Translations under genes and position numbers: made by a program | Virus record (IMG/VR): IMGVR_UViG_3300021255_001584 | Location: 3,526-67,525 of that record | From: a virus | Length of the DNA stretch: 64,000 nucleotides | Strand: one strand, 5' to 3' | The notes under the pieces: generated by a model | Database searches by the model: none | The model's input: the letters and a program-made list of their open reading frames with translations, nothing else | What the model was told of the DNA's origin: nothing | Shown: positions 59,367 to 64,000 of the stretch, piece after piece | Layout: each line of letters opens with the position of its first letter | How positions within the stretch are numbered: position 1 is the stretch's first letter

Positions 59367-62300
59367 ATGATAACAAATCGTAATCCACGTAGTTATGAAG
59401 TCTCTATTTGGACGCTTCAAGACAGTTTTATTACTGTCTTGAAGCAGACCAATTTAGAGCATAAAGGATTGATTGAAGAAGCAAAAATGTCTTTAAAAGA
59501 TGATAGCGAAGATACATTCTCTTTTAGAATACCCATGTATATTCATAGAAATGGCCGGCGTATGGAAAATCCGCTATGGTATAATACAACTAATGGCAAT
59601 TTAATAGCGAATTTGCGCAAATTAAAAGTTATTTTTAATAAAGGAAAACAAGATAAACAACGCATTTTTGAATTTTTAATTACTAAGGTTACTGAAAGTC
59701 ATCAAGGATTTGAGACTTATTGTGAAGTTGAAAGCGAGGGGTTAGCTTTTAATGAACTAGGCAAAACTGGTTATAAAATAGATTTATCTGAAGATTTATA
59801 TTTGATGGAATATAATGATTGGAAAGATAAAAATCCTACTCTTGAAGAGACAGAAACTAATGGCTGCCCAATAAATAACATTAATTATTGGGTTGATAAA
59901 GTTATTCCAAATGATGGCTCATTAGGATGGATAGTAGAATATAAGATGGATTGGTCTGATTTTATTATGGGTAATGATAATATAGATCAGTTAAATTCAA
60001 CTAAAATATATGAAGAAGCTTATAATGAAAATTGGAAAATTAATGATGGCGACTTTATTGTCCCTGCGGAAAATTCTTTAATTAGCACAAAAGAAAAATT
60101 ACGCATGGTAACAGCAAACGATAGCAATCGTTATAATTTAACACAAACTATTGCAGAAACTTTTGGAGTTTACTGTAGATATATATATGAGTATGATGAT
60201 AATTTTTATATTACTGGAAGAAAAATACAATTTTATAACTCCGGTCTAAAAGATAAAACAGAAGACATTATTGATTTTAATTATTATTATGATACGGAAG
60301 ATATAAACCGTGAAATGGATAGTGCAGATCAAATCACCAAAATGATTGTGCTTTCTAATAATTCGGACGCAGATTTAATTGATAGTAGTATAACTAGCGT
60401 TTCTGCTAATAAAAGTCTTGAAGACTATTTATTAAATTTTGATTATTTATATAATATTGGTGCTATTACCAAAGAGCAGTATGAAGAAGTACCTAAATTT
60501 GAAGCTAAAATGCGTCAACACAATGAAAAATTAATGGCGTATTCTAATGAAATGCAAGTATGTGAAGAGAAACTTATAGAAGCACGAGCAGAGTATGAGA
60601 ATATGCGAGTTATGTGTGATGAAGATAATGAGCGACTTCAAGAAGAACAGAATTATATTAAACATATATTAAATGCTGAAAAAACCGATTATGATAGAGA
60701 TCCTACAACACTAAGCATGACTGGCTATAATCCAGATATTTGTGTTATATATACTAATTCACAAACTCAGATTCGTGAGTGCTATTTTAAATGGGAAAGT
60801 GTTATATATGATACAAATCATCCTATTATTCTTTTTACGAGTTTAGAAGCAGCAAATGAATATGGTAGAACAAATGATTTAAGTGAATTAGATGCGAAAA
60901 ATTATATTAAATTTGATTCCTCTAATACCGAAGGAATTGAATTAATTAAAGACAAACAAACTCAATTGATCGTAGGAATAAAAAATATTCCAACTAATTT
61001 TAATTCTGCTCTTTTTGCCGTCTATAGTTATAGTCCAGATACATATCATAAAATATTAGCAGAAATATGGGGAAAAAAATATAAAGAAGATAAGGAAAAA
61101 CTTCCAGAATTAAAAGCAATTGTAGATAATTTACACGGTGAAAGAAAGCGGATAGATGATTTTGATAGCGATTATGTTAATCAGAATAAAAAAGGTTTAT
61201 TATATAATTTACAAATTCTTTATGACGAAGAATTAAAGGCTAAAGAACAAGATATTTTAAAATTTGAAAAAATGATGGGACCAGCTTTGCGCGAAGGCAC
61301 TTGGCAACCAGAAGATACTTATGCAAAGTATGGCGATAAAAAATCTTTATTTAATTTGGATTTAAATTCTAATAGTAGCCCTGAAATTTTTTGGGATAAT
61401 ATATTGTTTGATGATGAAGATAAAAATTATTATGAAGAAGGAAGTAATTTAAATAGAGTTTATTATCCTTGCATTGATTTATCAGAATTAATGAATTTAT
61501 TTACATTAACTAATTTAGAAACTATTAATAATGATAGAGACGAAAAAAACCATCCAAATCTTATTACTATTTCTGATTTAGGATTTGTATGGGATGATGT
61601 TACGATTCCTGGAATGAAGAATTATATAGAAGAATATAATAAGACATTGCCAGACGAACAGAAATTAGATGTTATTAATTTTCCTTATATTCTTAATATT
61701 GGTTCTAATGCACAGTTTGGTTTTTTAAGATGCGTTGAAAATTGCAGCACGAGCGATAATAAAAAATCTTATTCTAAAAATATGATTATTCCCGTATTAA
61801 TACTTACTGGTGCTGAAGATTATATAGTGCTAGAAGATGGTAAGACATTAACTAAAGCATTAAAAGAATTAAATGGGAGTATTGGATATATAACTAATAA
61901 TGTTATAAGTGAAACAATACAGAATGGACAAACAGAAGAAGAAATTGTAAAAAATTTACGTTCATTTAAAGCCCTTACTTCTAATGAAAATATTATTTTT
62001 ATAGATGATAATAATTTTAATAAATTTGAAATTGTGTATCCACGTATTAAAATTTCTTCATATAATTTTAAAAATAATACTGATAATTATAGTTTATATG
62101 TTAATCAAGAAGAAAAATCAGTATTATTATCACCTTATTTTTCATATAACATTTTAAATAGATATGATTATGAAGAAGGTGCAATAGATTGGGCAAAATT
62201 AACTACTGATAAATTAAATTTTGTTGACACTGATTTTTCTTATTATATTAATATCAAACCAGAAGTTTTATTTAATTATTATAATGATAATTATCCATTA

Positions 62301-64000
62301 TTTACCTTTAATTATGAGCTTTCCAATACAGGATTAGCAATTTATTTAGATGCTTTAAAAATAATGAAGGAAAATGCGTGGCCAAAAGTAACGTATAATA
62401 TTACTCCTAAAATTATTAAAACTAATTTTATGGAAACAGCATATGATAGAATACACACTTTAGTCCATATAAATGACTATGATTTAAAATTTGAGAACGT
62501 TATGGGCTATATTTCTGGTATTGATTTAGACTTAGATAAGCCTTGGGAAGATAGTATTGAAATAAAAAACTATAAGACTAAATTTGAAGATTTATTTACC
62601 TCTATTGTAGCCTCAACTGCGCAAATGCAAAAAAATTCCACTGTTATTAACGCTCTTTCTTCTGTTATTACAACTAATGGTCAAATTGCACCAGAAAGTT
62701 TACAAAGTAGTATTTTGGGTAATAATTTACAATTAGCTTATACGCAAGGAAATAATGGCACGTTTACTATTGAAGATAAGAGAATATTAGCAGAAAGTTC
62801 TTCTGGCGGCGCTGTAGTTTATACAGCAAGTGGTATTTTTACAGCCACAGAAAAAGATAATGAAGGAAATTATATTTGGAATACTGGTATTCTTCCATCA
62901 GGTATTAGCGCGAATGCCATTACTTCTGGCCGCATAGATACTAATTTAATTAATATTTATAGTGATAATAATTTACGACTACAATTAAATAAAGACGGAT
63001 TATTTGCTTATAAATCTTGGTTTTCTGATGGCGGTACTTTACCACAAGATAAATTAGAAGAAATTAATAAAAGAGATGGAATGGATCCTTCACAATATGT
63101 TGTTCATAATTCAGAAGGACTATTTTTAATTGCTAAAGAGGGCGCAATGCCTGAATATCAAGCGGTTAAATATGCTACAAAAGAAGATAATAATAATAAG
63201 CCATTAATAATTAATGTTAATGGTAAAGATTATGAATTAAATAAATGGCCAGTAATTAAACAAGATGGTACTTTTGATTTTACAAATGAGCGTTATACTG
63301 CACTTACACAAGACGTTAATAGGGTAGAAATTAGCTGGAATGGTTTAAAACTCCGTAATTGGAATAACGATGTAACGTTTTATGCTGATCCAAATACTGG
63401 AGATTTAGTATTAGGTGGTACTTTAATAGAAGGTAGTACTTATTTAACTGTTCCAGAAGAAATTATAGAGCAATTATATGTAAAGCAAAATCCTGAAGAT
63501 AATGGTGCGGATGAAGATGAAAACATGGCTGTTAATAATAATAAACCACAGACTTTTGTAGACCATATCATTGACGCTATAAATACCAATAAAGATATAC
63601 GCTATTTACGTTCAGATATTGTTGCGGTAAAAGCAAGTGATTATTGGGATTGGAAAGCTACAAGTATTTCTGAAAAAATTGTATATGATGCTTTAGAAGC
63701 AGAAGATGGTATTAATAATCGCTTACAAGATGTAAGAGATACTTTACAAAATTTTATTAATAATGATTATGCACCAATTATTGCTTCTATTTCTAGTGTT
63801 ATCGGTAAAGGTATATCAGAAGTAACAAAATTTCCTTCAAATGCGAACAAATATGATGGTGTTAAATTAACTCAAACATATGGGACCTATCCTCCAGGAA
63901 CTTATTGGTATGATGGTACAGAATGGGTATCATTAACAACCAAAAATATTAATTTGGGTACTAATCAAGAATTAAATCTTTTTGGCGCAAATGCTACATT
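59367..64000 (+). CDS. tail tip / baseplate hub (Tal-like) protein, truncated by window end
   Basis: AAGGAGG RBS then ATG; appears open to the window end (hence absent from ORF track); SNRYNLTQTIAETF and NYKTKFEDLF motifs. Confidence 0.7.
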   Translation, partial: MITNRNPRSYEVSIWTLQDSFITVLKQTNLEHKGLIEEAKMSLKDDSEDTFSFRIPMYIHRNGRRMENPLWYNTTNGNLIANLRKLKVIFNKGKQDKQRIFEFLITKVTESHQGFETYCEVESEGLAFNELGKTGYKIDLSEDLYLMEYNDWKDKNPTLEETETNGCPINNINYWVDKVIPNDGSLGWIVEYKMDWSDFIMGNDNIDQLNSTKIYEEAYNENWKINDGDFIVPAENSLISTKEKLRMVTANDSNRYNLTQTIAETFGVYCRYIYEYDDNFYITGRKIQFYNSGLKDKTEDIIDFNYYYDTEDINREMDSADQITKMIVLSNNSDADLIDSSITSVSANKSLEDYLLNFDYLYNIGAITKEQYEEVPKFEAKMRQHNEKLMAYSNEMQVCEEKLIEARAEYENMRVMCDEDNERLQEEQNYIKHILNAEKTDYDRDPTTLSMTGYNPDICVIYTNSQTQIRECYFKWESVIYDTNHPIILFTSLEAANEYGRTNDLSELDAKNYIKFDSSNTEGIELIKDKQTQLIVGIKNIPTNFNSALFAVYSYSPDTYHKILAEIWGKKYKEDKEKLPELKAIVDNLHGERKRIDDFDSDYVNQNKKGLLYNLQILYDEELKAKEQDILKFEKMMGPALREGTWQPEDTYAKYGDKKSLFNLDLNSNSSPEIFWDNILFDDEDKNYYEEGSNLNRVYYPCIDLSELMNLFTLTNLETINNDRDEKNHPNLITISDLGFVWDDVTIPGMKNYIEEYNKTLPDEQKLDVINFPYILNIGSNAQFGFLRCVENCSTSDNKKSYSKNMIIPVLILTGAEDYIVLEDGKTLTKALKELNGSIGYITNNVISETIQNGQTEEEIVKNLRSFKALTSNENIIFIDDNNFNKFEIVYPRIKISSYNFKNNTDNYSLYVNQEEKSVLLSPYFSYNILNRYDYEEGAIDWAKLTTDKLNFVDTDFSYYINIKPEVLFNYYNDNYPLFTFNYELSNTGLAIYLDALKIMKENAWPKVTYNITPKIIKTNFMETAYDRIHTLVHINDYDLKFENVMGYISGIDLDLDKPWEDSIEIKNYKTKFEDLFTSIVASTAQMQKNSTVINALSSVITTNGQIAPESLQSSILGNNLQLAYTQGNNGTFTIEDKRILAESSSGGAVVYTASGIFTATEKDNEGNYIWNTGILPSGISANAITSGRIDTNLINIYSDNNLRLQLNKDGLFAYKSWFSDGGTLPQDKLEEINKRDGMDPSQYVVHNSEGLFLIAKEGAMPEYQAVKYATKEDNNNKPLIINVNGKDYELNKWPVIKQDGTFDFTNERYTALTQDVNRVEISWNGLKLRNWNNDVTFYADPNTGDLVLGGTLIEGSTYLTVPEEIIEQLYVKQNPEDNGADEDENMAVNNNKPQTFVDHIIDAINTNKDIRYLRSDIVAVKASDYWDWKATSISEKIVYDALEAEDGINNRLQDVRDTLQNFINNDYAPIIASISSVIGKGISEVTKFPSNANKYDGVKLTQTYGTYPPGTYWYDGTEWVSLTTKNINLGTNQELNLFGANAT

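Noticed and set aside
27248-64000. Stop-codon reassignment
   Set aside because: Genes are full length under the standard code. The apparent gap after 59345 is an ORF running off the window.

Overview
Part of a large tailed dsDNA phage genome, probably infecting a Firmicute (sigma-A-type TTGACA-17-TATAAT promoters, AGGAGG ribosome-binding sites, an AbrB homologue). There are four zones. (1) 1-4.3 kb: leftward small genes, including a T4 Rnl1-type RNA ligase. (2) 3.8-6.8 kb: repeat-rich non-coding DNA around an SF2 helicase-like gene. (3) 6.85-27.1 kb: a dense early/accessory region. (4) 27.2-64 kb: a rightward virion module with terminase, portal, scaffold, capsid, neck, two tail-tube paralogues, a 5344-aa tape measure, a Dit-like protein and a truncated tail protein. 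The main finding is in zone 3. Between 6856 and 25086 I count 34 copies of a 32-bp imperfect palindrome (GTWAATTAGA-N4-ACGT-N4-TRTAATTAAC, usually extended by N6-TTAA on each side). These divide the DNA into 0.2-1.2 kb self-contained cassettes, typically promoter + RBS + gene or small RNA + terminator. The sites occur between tandem, divergent and convergent genes, and their sequence drifts along the array. No recombinase is visible in the window, so a cassette-shuffling system and a multi-site repressor array are both open. The cassettes carry several paralogue families, a shared 5' leader, small RNAs and an atypical tRNA-Ala-like RNA. All calls are by eye and from motif recall; no database search was run.
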